The position numbers were made by a program, and so were the translations under genes. A stretch of DNA of 64,000 bases from Eledone cirrhosa (lineage: Eukaryota): the NCBI GenBank assembly GCA_964016885.1, contig OZ024748.1, positions 25,854,001 to 25,918,000 of the forward strand. The letters run 5' to 3'. How positions within the stretch are numbered: position 1 is the stretch's first letter; the number at the start of each line of letters is the position of its first letter. Shown piece after piece: positions 53,398 to 64,000 of the stretch. Below the pieces are notes generated by a model, which saw nothing but the letters and a program-made list of their open reading frames with translations, was not told where the DNA came from and did not search any database.

Positions 53398-54141
53398 GTG
53401 AGTGATTATTATTATTATTTTTATTTTTATCTGTTTTACTGTTCATGTATCAGAGCTGTCCTCTGTAGAAGTAGATGTTTGTCTATGCTATCACTACTAG
53501 AGTGCTGGGGGTAGTAGTGGTGGTTTAAATAGAAAATCATCTTGCTACTGTAAATATATCGTCATATTAAATAATGGGCTATAGGTTGTCTCCCTTTGTC
53601 ATCATTGTCGTCGTCATCATCACCATATTAATAAATACCTCTGGAGGGCTGTCAATTTTCCCACAATCAACTGCAGCTGCAAGTATGAATCTTTTGTATT
53701 CTGTAAAAAACAGATTTGATCTGAAGAGCATTGCATTCATCATATCCTCTTGGTTTTATAATCTGAAAGCTTTTCCCAACAACTATTATTATATATATAT
53801 AAACCTTCAATATTGATGAATATTGCCATAACCCCCTCAACACCTATTGTTATTACCCATGACATATCCTTCCTACTTTTCCCCACCACTCTATCATGCA
53901 CTCTTGTGTAGGGTTGCAAGGATCTTTCAGTCAGACTGTCGACAATCTCTCTAGTGCTGGTGCCACGAAAAATGCACCCAGTACACCCTGTAAAGTAGTA
54001 AGTGATAAAGGCATTCAGCTCTAGGAGCCCTGCCAACAAAAGGTAAAAATGGTTCTCTAGGTCCCTGCCCCATATAACAAAACAAGCTCCATTTATCTTT
54101 GTTAAGTCCAAATCAATGACATGTGTTTTACATCTTTGCAG

Positions 54142-54184
54142 GCCTTATTTTGAAATGAAAGTAAAATTCAATCAAGTGATGGAT
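54142..54184 (+). CDS. SH3BP5: SH3BP5-family exon 6 ((K)PYFEMKVKFNQVMD)
   Basis: GCAG acceptor completes the phase-2 codon; PYFExK motif; GTAAGT donor. Confidence 0.93.
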
Positions 54185-54492
54185 GTAAGTATTCTATATT
54201 CAAATGTCATTAAATATTATTAGATACGCTAAATATTTAATTAATAAATTAGGACATTTTTTTTTTTTAATTTAAAAATCTCTGGTTTATGTGAAACTTA
54301 ATAATAAAATTCTAAAGACAAACAGGTTTCATCTGAGAACAAAAATGTGAGAAAGTCGAAGTAAGGGATAAGAAGACTTAGTAGTAGAATGAATGACTCA
54401 TATTGGCAGGTATGGTGGCTGGGTCATTAGGTACAAATTAGTGACCTAACACATGTCAGGTGTTCAATATATAAACACTTGTATGTTCAATA

Positions 54493-54694
54493 TACGAGGG
54501 TCAGTTGAAGAGTTCATAGGCTGACCAAGGTACTCTCATGGAATGATCAAATGAGGTTTATTTTTCAACATAGTCCCTGGAAAGAAACAATGCAGTTATT
54601 AATAAGAAGAGTTGAAATTAATGCATGCAAGATTTCATAGCTCTAGCATCACTCCTTCATAGTCAACCTATGAACTTTTCAACCCACCCCTGTA
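54493..54694. mobile_element. Mariner-type MITE in intron 6
   Basis: ta-cgagggtcagttgaagagttcatagg...cctatgaacttttcaacccacccctg-ta. Confidence 0.8.
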
Positions 54695-55065
54695 CATATA
54701 CCTGTATGTTCAATATATATACACCTGTATGTTCAATATGTATATACCTGTATGTTTAATATATATACACCTGTATGTTTAATATACATACACCTGTATG
54801 TTTAATATATATATATATATATACCTGTATGGTTAATATATATATATACCTGTATGTTCAATATACATACACCTATGTGTTTAATATATGTACACCTGTA
54901 TGTTCAATATATATACCTGTATGTTTAATATATATATACACCTGTATGTTTAATATATATATATACACCTGTATGTTTAATATACATACACCTGTATGTT
55001 TAATATATATATACACCTGTATGTGTAATATATATACACTTGTATGTTCAATATATATTCACCTA
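54695..55065. repeat. ~22-bp minisatellite (tatacacctgtatgtttaata)
   Basis: Seen directly; one unit also lies left of the MITE. Confidence 0.9.
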
Positions 55066-55354
55066 TGTGCAATTTGTGTCATCCAAGCTATTGTATCATA
55101 GAATCAGGAATGGTCTCAGGTAGTTTGGTATTGAAAGGGTTAAAGAGGAATTTAATTAGACTTATTCTGTCACACGTATTTGCCAAGTGATGCTTTTGTG
55201 ACCAAAATCTAATCCCAGTTTGGTGAAGTTGCACATTAATTATATAATTCCTGCAAGTTTTAAATTAATGAAATGATTTTGAACTATTTAATTCGCATTT
55301 TGTAACCTTAAGAACCAGATTAAGTAATGTTTTTTTTTTTGTTTTTTGTTACAG

Positions 55355-56806
55355 GAACAAAAGCATCGGGTAAGTCGCCTGGAAGCAGACGTTATTAATA
55401 CAAAGTCAGCCTACGCAGAGGCATTGAGAAACCTCGAATCTATCAGTGATGAAATCCATGAGCGGAGACTTGAGAAAAGTAAACATCTTCAGCTCGGTGT
55501 TCGTGGCTCTGGAGTGGGATCTGAGACCCCGTCTCCACCTCCTGGCCAAGAGAAAGGCTCTGAAATCGGAGATGGAACAGTGGTTACTCATATTAGTACA
55601 TGTAGTTATAGCTCAAATCTACTAACCGCACCGACGACTTACCAACAGAGTGCTAGCAAGGAACCAGTCACATTCTCCATTACTACCACTTCTGCTACTG
55701 TTGAATTGGATTCTGGTGCTAGTCAACTGAAAGATGACTGTGATGAATCAGAAGGATCATTTGTAGCCCCATCTGTGATTTTCAGCTCTCCAGAGCAGGC
55801 TCGGCGTTTGAGTTATCGGCAAGCTATTGAAACCAACAGCTATGCATCTCCAAACATTACATCAGAAAGTATTAGCCCCTCTGACTTTGAAGAGGATTAT
55901 GATGCTCCAAGTTTGGAAGAGGAGTATATTTCATTACCAAGTTACAAATCAAAAGTTAAGAATTCTAATAATTTCAACTTTGTTTCTGAAAATCAGTTTT
56001 GCCAGCAATCAGTTTTTAGCCCTGATAGCCACAACCCAAACTGCACGCCTCTTTTGAAGAGCAATGAACCACAAGCCTCTCTACCAACTGAAAAGAGAGC
56101 CACACTTCAAATGTTGGGCAAAAGTAAAACTGAACCCGGTCCGACAATACAAAGAGTAAATTCAGAAATGTCGGAGTGTTCACCTTCAGTTATGCGTAGA
56201 TCAAAATTGAAAGGTATCATTTTACGTGTAGATGCCGAAATGGACCCATTTATGCAAGGCTTTCAACAACGTAAAATATCTAATGTACCCTCAATCAAAA
56301 ACACAAATGAGGGAACGGGCACAAAAATCGAATCTCAGCCGAGGAATACAAAGATATTAAACTCAAACAGTGAGACAGCGTCGCCAAGGAAGATGGGCAC
56401 TGTCAATAAACCACATATTACACCAACGAAATACGTAAGAGGTTCTGAAGGGAGTCCTGTACTTAAAATTCCTTCTCCTGCTTCCGACATTATGGATGAT
56501 TCCGACACAGAAAGTCTAGCCAGTGTCGGTCAGATGCTCGATGATGAGCAGGTGGAATTACTTACATTGGACTTTTCTGATGATACTTTCATTAATGCTG
56601 CTGACTCTGTAAAAAGTGACCGATTTCAGAAAACAGACTGGCATCGAATGAGCCTACCTCCAAAGTTGAGTCACCTAGAATATTATTTACAGAGTAAGTC
56701 TCTTGACTTAACAACAACACCAACGGGTAGAACAGACATTGGGCTGGAAAATCTGGAGCTGTACGAAAACTCTGTATCGGAACCTCAGCCGGTTCCTACT
56801 TCTTGA
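55355..56806 (+). CDS. SH3BP5: SH3BP5-family terminal coding exon 7 (483 aa: end of coiled coil plus long Ser/Thr-rich tail)
   Basis: Poly-T + ACAG acceptor; YAEALRNLESISDEIHERR and RGSGVGSE motifs; open frame to TGA at 56804-56806. Confidence 0.92.
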   Translation, partial: EQKHRVSRLEADVINTKSAYAEALRNLESISDEIHERRLEKSKHLQLGVRGSGVGSETPSPPPGQEKGSEIGDGTVVTHISTCSYSSNLLTAPTTYQQSASKEPVTFSITTTSATVELDSGASQLKDDCDESEGSFVAPSVIFSSPEQARRLSYRQAIETNSYASPNITSESISPSDFEEDYDAPSLEEEYISLPSYKSKVKNSNNFNFVSENQFCQQSVFSPDSHNPNCTPLLKSNEPQASLPTEKRATLQMLGKSKTEPGPTIQRVNSEMSECSPSVMRRSKLKGIILRVDAEMDPFMQGFQQRKISNVPSIKNTNEGTGTKIESQPRNTKILNSNSETASPRKMGTVNKPHITPTKYVRGSEGSPVLKIPSPASDIMDDSDTESLASVGQMLDDEQVELLTLDFSDDTFINAADSVKSDRFQKTDWHRMSLPPKLSHLEYYLQSKSLDLTTTPTGRTDIGLENLELYENSVSEPQPVPTS

Positions 56807-57908
56807 CTTTAGAGAGAAGGCAGATCTTGTTAAATTTCATTTGAATATAGATTTCTGAGGCAATAGATTTTATTAGTTTGGTGCTCACTGTTAGATGATT
56901 TTTGGCAAAAGTTCCAAAATTACTTACTGCTCTTTCTTGTCAAATTAATCTGCTGTTGGTGCTGGTCTTCTTATTAAACCTCTAATTAATTTGTTTATGG
57001 CAGTTAAAAAACAAATCTTTTGCTGCATTTTCGGTTTGGATCTGTTTTGGCATATAACTTTCTCTACCTCTTTATTTCTTTCTAATTAATTTTTTCATAC
57101 GTTTATTTTTAATGTTGTTTTATTATCTTTGAGGAAATCATTTCTGTTGCTGATAACTTTTTTTTTTGTTGTCTTTAAAGATTCCTTTTTCTTCATTTAT
57201 TTCTGACATTTAAAAACAAAATTGGGGCTAATTTTCAAGTGTTTCCTACCTTGATAACACTTCTACCTGTCTCATCAATATTCTTTATTCAGTCAACTAT
57301 AGAGTAGTACACCTAACCTAAACAGTGGCAGTTTTTTTTTTATTATCCTCTACGGATGCACCAATAAGCAAATTAATCGATTACTGATTAATCGACTTTG
57401 CCTTTTCAGCTGATAACAATTAATTGGATAAATGGTTGATACCTATTATCTGCTGATTATTTGGTGCAACCCTATTATTAACTATTGCTTCCATTATCTT
57501 ATTTAGATTTTCAAACTTCAAACTTTCGAAAAATATTTAAATGGTGCCAAAATGCCTGCTCTTAACTTCATTTTGTTTTTTTTTACTTCTCCAACTCTGT
57601 TCTATATCTTATTTTGAGAATATATTAATAGAGTAAGTTAGTAAGTAGCTTGAATTTGTCATTATATATTCAGTCCCTTACTATACACTACATATTTCCT
57701 CCTCCAGCAGATTTTACTTGAATTATTTACTAATTCACTATTGTTGTCAGAACTGAGAGTTTCAGATTATCACCCTCTCCCCTAACCCCTATTCCCAATG
57801 AACCATTTATGTAAAAATATCGTACATTTTTTAAAAACCTTTTTCATTCATTTGATCTCAAAAGAATCTTTCCCTTGTTAACTATCTTTTTTTAGTTTTT
57901 CTTCTCAA

Positions 57909-59057
57909 CCCTTTGCTGTAATAGTTTGTCACAACATCTAATGTAAGTCACTCCCCCTTGCTGTAATAGTGTGTCACATCTAATGTAAGTCACTCCCCCT
58001 TGCTGTAATAGTTTGTCACAACATCTAATGTAAGTCACTCCCCCTTGCTGTAATAGTGTGTCACATCTAATGTAAGTCACTCCCCCCCTTGCTGTAATAG
58101 TTTGTCACAACATCTAATGTAAGTCACTCCCCCCCTTGCTGTAATAGTTTGTCACAACATCTAATGTAAGTCACTCCCCCTTGCTGTAATAGTGTGTGAC
58201 ATCTAATGTAAGTCACTCCCCCCTTGCTGTAATAGTGTGTGACATCTAATGTAAGTCACTCACCCTTGCTGTAATAGTTTGTCACAACATCTAATGTAAG
58301 TCACTCCCCCTTGCTGTAATAGTGTGTCACATCTAATGTAAGTCACTCACCCTTGCTGTAATAGTGTGTCACATCTAATGTAAGTCACTCCCCCCCTTGC
58401 TGTAATAGTTTGTCACAACATCTAATGTAAGTCACTCCCCCTTGCTGTAATAGTGTGTCACATCTAATGTAAGTCACTCCCCCCTTGCTGTAATAGTGTG
58501 TCACATCTAATGTAAGTCACTCCCCCCCTTGCTGTAATAGTTTGTCACAACATCTAATGTAAGTCACTCCCCCTTGTTGTAATAGTGTGTCACATCTAAT
58601 GTAAGTCACTCCCCCCTTGCTGTAATAGTGTGTCACATCTAATGTAAGTCACTCACCCTTGCTGTAATAGTTTGTCACAACATCTAATGTAAGTCACTCC
58701 CCCCTTGCTGTAATAGTGTGTGACATCTAATGTAAGTCACTCACCCTTGCTGTAATAGTTTGTCACAACATCTAATGTAAGTCACTCCCCCCCTTGCTGT
58801 AATAGTGTGTCACATCTAATGTAAGTCACTCCCCCCCTTGCTGTAATAGTTTGTCACAACATCTAATGTAAGTCACTCCCCCCTTGCTGTAATAGTGTGT
58901 GACATCTAATGTAAGTCACTCCCCCCTTGCTGTAATAGTGTGTGACATCTAATGTAAGTCACTCCCCCTTGCTGTAATAGTGTGTGACATCTAATGTAAG
59001 TCACTCCCCCTTGTTGTAATAGTTTGTCACAACATCTAATGTAAGTCACTCCCCCTT
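57909..59057. repeat. 40-45-bp minisatellite downstream of the stop codon
   Basis: cccttgctgtaatagt(ttgtcacaa|gtgtca)catctaatgtaagtcactcc, roughly 27 copies. Confidence 0.95.
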
Positions 59058-59449
59058 TACTATTTTGACAACAGCAGTTGTTGATAGTTACATGGTGAGA
59101 TTCCATATTAGTGATATTTGTATAAAGTTTCTTTCTTTTCACCGTTTTTCCAAAATTATTTTCAACCCTCATCACAATACTCTGGATTCCAGTTCGTGGT
59201 TTATTCTATTTGGAATTAACTTGTTATCTTTGCTAACATCAGAAATCCGATTTAGCAACCATGTTATGCATATCTATACATATATTTTTCTATTTATATA
59301 GTAAATAACTTCACTTTTCCACTTTGTAAATTTCCTTCTTGTTAACCTCTGTCACAGCCCACAGGTATATTGGGTTATTATTATTTTTTTTTGTTTCTTT
59401 TGTGTTTATCTTTAAATCCAGATAACTAAAAACACATTCATAATTAAGG

Positions 59450-59790
59450 GAAATGTATATTATATACATATTGTGTAAGCAGAATAGATTAAGACTACAC
59501 TGACAAGAAATGTATATTATATACATAGTATGTAAGCAGAATAGATTAAGACTACACTGACAAGAAATGTATATTATATACATAGTATGTAAGCAGAATA
59601 GATTAAGACTACACTGACAAGAAATGTATATTATATACATAGTATGTAAGCAGAATAGATTAAGACTACACTGACAAGAAATGTATATTATATACATATT
59701 GTGTAAGCAGAATAGATTAAGACTACACTGACAAGAAATGTATATTATATACATAGTATGTAAGCAGAATAGTTTAAGACTATGCTGACA
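59450..59790. repeat. 57-bp tandem repeat, ~6 copies
   Basis: gaaatgtatattatatacatagtatgtaagcagaatagattaagactacactgacaa. Confidence 0.95.
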
Positions 59791-60341
59791 GCTAGTATTT
59801 TCTAGACGTTTTTTTTCTTTCTTTTTTTAATGACTTATGATTCGAGTATCTGACATCAATTAGTAAAAGTTCATATTAGCCAGTACCTTTAAGGGCAGTG
59901 GATTGGCAGTGTCAGACAACATGCTTTGGGGCATATAGTTATGGCCCATTATGTTCTGAGATTAGCTTTGCTTTTCACCCTTACCGGGTCAATAAACTAA
60001 AGTACAAGTAATTCACTGGCAGTCAATTTAATCAACTTTCTCCTCACCCAAATTGTTGGCCTTTTGCCTCAATCCATTAATCACTTCCTCTATCTCAAAT
60101 CCATCAAATTTATCATTTTCTCATAAATGTTGTAAATGTCTGGTTTTAGAATTTAATTTTAATTTCTAACCTGTGTTTTTTTTGTTATTTTTTTCCCCTT
60201 ACATGTTTGAGATGATGTTAAATCTTAGTTTATTAATGTTATACTGTTATACTAATTTTCTTCTATTTCCACAGATATTATTATGCATGATATTAAACTA
60301 GATGTTTATTTTGTGGGAAAACGTTTTTAAAGTTCAATATT

Positions 60342-60563
60342 CAACCCTTTCATTACCATATTTCTAGTGAAAGATGCTGCCTTTGATTTTCAAATAATAT
60401 TTAAAATCATCCATTGGAGAGATTTAGTTATAGAAATAATTTCCTCACATTCTTACTTAAAATTATGACTAGGTTTTTAGATAAATATAAATACTTTAAA
60501 ATAAACAGTTTTGTATCATAGAACCAGGGGCAGTTTCAGGCAGGTTGGTATCAAAAGGGTTAA
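60342..60563. mobile_element. piggyBac-like MITE (aacccttt...aaagggttaa)
   Basis: CCCTTT/AAAGGG termini with TTAA; related pieces at ~10810-11010, 21150-21426, 45478-45695, 51979-52290 and 55080-55143. Confidence 0.65.
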
Positions 60564-60984
60564 TATAATATTTGCAAATTATATTTCTTTTTTTTTATTA
60601 CTATATTATAAATAGAAACCATCAATTTGTCATTGTGATGGGTATGTGTTTGTATTTCCTAATATATAATTTGTCATTGTGATGGGAATGTTTTTATTTA
60701 AGACATTCACAGAATTAGTTGATTTTGATTCTTTAATTAAACTTTACCAAAGTTCTAATTTATATATATATATATATTTAAGTAAACTATTCTATAGTGA
60801 ATGTTCTCTTTCTTTTTGTGCTATCAGGTTAATGAATGATGGTGACTTTTTTTGGTAAGAGCTATGTCAGGGAATTTTCCTGGGTGAATACAATCGTGGT
60901 GTTTCCCATTGCTTTCCTTCATTTTTTTTTTTTTTTTTTTCCCTTACAAGACACTATCTTGTCAGCTAGATACAGATAAATTTG

Positions 60985-62075
60985 CCATATCTTCCTTGGC
61001 TTGGAACTCACAATATAAAGAGTTGGAACAAATACTGCTAAATATTTTATCCAATACTCTAACAATTCGATCAACTCACTGCCCCTTTGACTCATATTTT
61101 GTTGACAGTGGTAGGATAAAAGGTAAAGTTGATGTCCCTGAGATTTGAACTCAGAATTTAAAGAGCTGGAACAAATACCACATGATTCTGCCAATTTGCC
61201 ACCTTGAGACCAGAGGCTAGTGTTTAGTAATCAAAATCCAACAAAGACAATATAAGATTAAAGATGATTCTCCAGTCTGGCCTAACAGATGAAACCTCTC
61301 TAGTGTTGGTGCCACAATAAAATACACCCAGTACATCCTGTTGGTACTACAATAAAATACATCCAGTCAAATCTATAATGTCATGAAAAACACACCCAAC
61401 ACTTTGAGGTGGTTGGTGTTAGGAAGAACATCTAGCTATAGAAACCATGCCAAATATGGAACATAACAAGCAAGATTGGTTATTCTAGCCTGTCTGGTTC
61501 TGGACCATGACAACCCATCCCAATGTGGAAAGGGAACATAAAATAATAATGAACAATGATGGTAAATTGAGGTAATTTTACAGTTTATTGTCACCTCATA
61601 GCTGAGTCAACAGGGTTTTGATATAGCAGCCAAATGAATGAGAGTTCAAAGCTTTTCAGTGCTACTTCATTCATTACTGTGAAATAAATCCTAGGAATTA
61701 TTATTATTATATTAGGGTGGTGAATTGATAGAGCATCAGACAACATGCTTTGCAGCATATAGTTATGGCCTTTTACATGCCAAGTTAAAATCCCACGAAG
61801 GTTAGTTTTGCCTTTCATCTTTACGGGGTTGATTTAATCAACATTCCCCGCCCCAAAAAATTGTTGGCATTGTGCCTAAATCAGAAACAATTATTATTAT
61901 TTGGCAGAATTATTAAATTGTTAGACAAAATGTTCTGACTTCAAAACCTGCTACAATCAACTTTGCTTCCAGCTCTCCGGGATTGATAAAATAAAGTACT
62001 AGTCAGGTTCTGGGGTCAATTTAATTGAATTTCCTCTCCCCTCAAATCACTGACTATGTGCCTAAATTAGAAATC
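60985..62075. mobile_element. Cluster of degenerate SINEs (Meta-core and RTE-tailed)
   Basis: Core motifs at ~61100 (-), ~61800 (+) and ~61980 (+); RTE-type tail at 61300-61545. Confidence 0.65.
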
Positions 62076-64000
62076 ATTATTATTAATTATCTAGTTAAAC
62101 ACAAAAATATGTCTGTTAAGTCTACTTGCTTTTGACAATTTGTAAAAAAAATATATATATGGTGCCCCAGCATGGTCTCAGCCCATCAACTGGAACAAAT
62201 AAAAGAGAATATATTGACTTGGCATTTACTTGTTGTGGGGTTAATATCAATGTTAAAGATCTGGTTGTGATGGTGGACAGGGTACGTTTCTTTAACTTTA
62301 TTTTTATCATGACTGTAAATAAAACTAACTGCACATAGAAGTATAGAATATATAACCTGTTTAGTGATTGTCTGATGGAAATGATAGTGTCTATTATACG
62401 CAAATAAACGTACATACAGTTTGTGAGTAGAACATAAATTGAATTCCAGAAACTAGTACCAGAACAATTTACAGAATAAATTATATATATATTGTAACTT
62501 AGAAGACAATTTATGAACACCACCAATCGAAAAAACAAACAAAAGAAAACAAAAAGAGCTAAGAAGAAAGAGTAGAAAGTTGATGTATTTTGTTGTGAAA
62601 GAAAGATAGGAATATTGATATTTCACACAAAATGTCCTTTGTCAAGGCAGATATATGGAGAAGAGAGTCACCTTTTCTTCAAATATCAATATTGATAAAT
62701 GACAAATTGTGCCTAATGTTGATATTTCTTTCTCTCTTTCTCTATACATTACATGACTTTCTGCCATTGTTTTTTTTTTAATTATTTTTTGCTTATAAAT
62801 TGCTTTCTGGAGAGATATATATATACACACACATAGGTATGTCCTCAGTAGTGTACAAAATAAATTATTAATAAAGTATTATTATCAGAAGTAATAATTC
62901 ACTGCACTTGGATAAAAAATATATATATATATATATATATATATAGTTTGATTCAAGTGATAAACAGTGTTTTATTACTTTTCTGGGCAATTATATATAT
63001 ATATTCACACCATGTTGACACTGATGATACCTGGATTACAAGGATACTGTATATTTTACATTGTTGCAAAGTATCTGGATCAAACATTGGGTTCTGAACA
63101 AACTTTTTTATTCTTATTTTAATACTAACCTCAGTGAACATCTGAGGTTTAATTTTGTCAAGCTGCTGTTTCTTTTATTCTTATTTCTTGTTTTATACTC
63201 ATGTAATACTAATAACTGTTGACTGTTGGCACTTCAAATTACACCCCACTCCACCCCCAACCGTTCTCCTCCATGACTTTATAGTTCTGTCTTATCACAG
63301 AAATGAAATAAATAATTGTATATAAAGAAAGGATATGAAAAACAAAAGAATTTCCTTTCTTTTCATATCACAATTAACTTTTAATGTCCTGTACTACATG
63401 AGACCGTATTAGTAAGACATATTTGAAAAGTGCAAAACAGCACTATGATTGCATCACATTAAATATTAATGTCTTTACTCTAATACTGCAAATTTTCACA
63501 AAAATAACATGTATGTATATATGTATATGGATGTATATATATATATATATATGTATATATACTTCCTTACAGTATGTTAAGAGTTAATCAATGACATGAA
63601 ACATTCTATGTTTATCCCATTTGGTGCAGTTTGATGTTCCTTAAAAGTCTCAACTGTCACCTCCAGCACTGCTTGGTGAAATTGTGGGAGTTGGGGGGTA
63701 GGGTAGTAGAAACAAAATGTAAAAGTTAATTCGTTCTTGAAGTCTTCACAATTTTGATTATATTTAGTTTTAGTATTATCACTTAAAAGTGGAAGCACTG
63801 AGCTTCTATTAAAAATAGAAATTCCAGTAGCCCCTCCCCCTCCCACTTTTGTTGGGTACAAATTTTATCAATCTTTCTCTGAACTTATATATTATAGTTC
63901 CATAATTGTTGTTGTCCAATTTTAACTGAGACTATTTTAAACTTCAGTGCCTAATTAACCTCCAAAATATACCAGTAAAGTCTTACTAAATATGTCAACT

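Overview
AT-rich, repeat-dense eukaryotic DNA. The repeat content (Meta/MESC-core tRNA SINEs, RTE LINEs ending in (GAT)n, abundant (TA)n tracts) suggests an Octopus/coleoid cephalopod genome; this is an inference, not a database result. I can build one host gene: a 7-coding-exon SH3BP5/SH3BP5L-family gene (Rab11 GEF; Parcas/REI-1 family) on the + strand. It runs from ATG 15477 to stop 56806 (~680 aa), with all GT-AG introns in consistent phase. Its ~30-kb intron 2 holds nested RTE LINEs, Penelope-like (GIY-YIG) elements, SINEs, MITEs, and mariner, Helitron and CR1 fragments. Upstream lies a 6.5-kb 75-bp satellite. The most notable signals are four hammerhead-ribozyme folds (one near-canonical upstream on the minus strand, three on the sense strand of intron 2), several intronic inverted repeats that could form ADAR substrates, and tandem arrays born from the RTE 3' UTR. 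I found no prokaryotic features or CRISPR array, and nothing I can firmly call a new biological system. All alignments and folds were done by eye.
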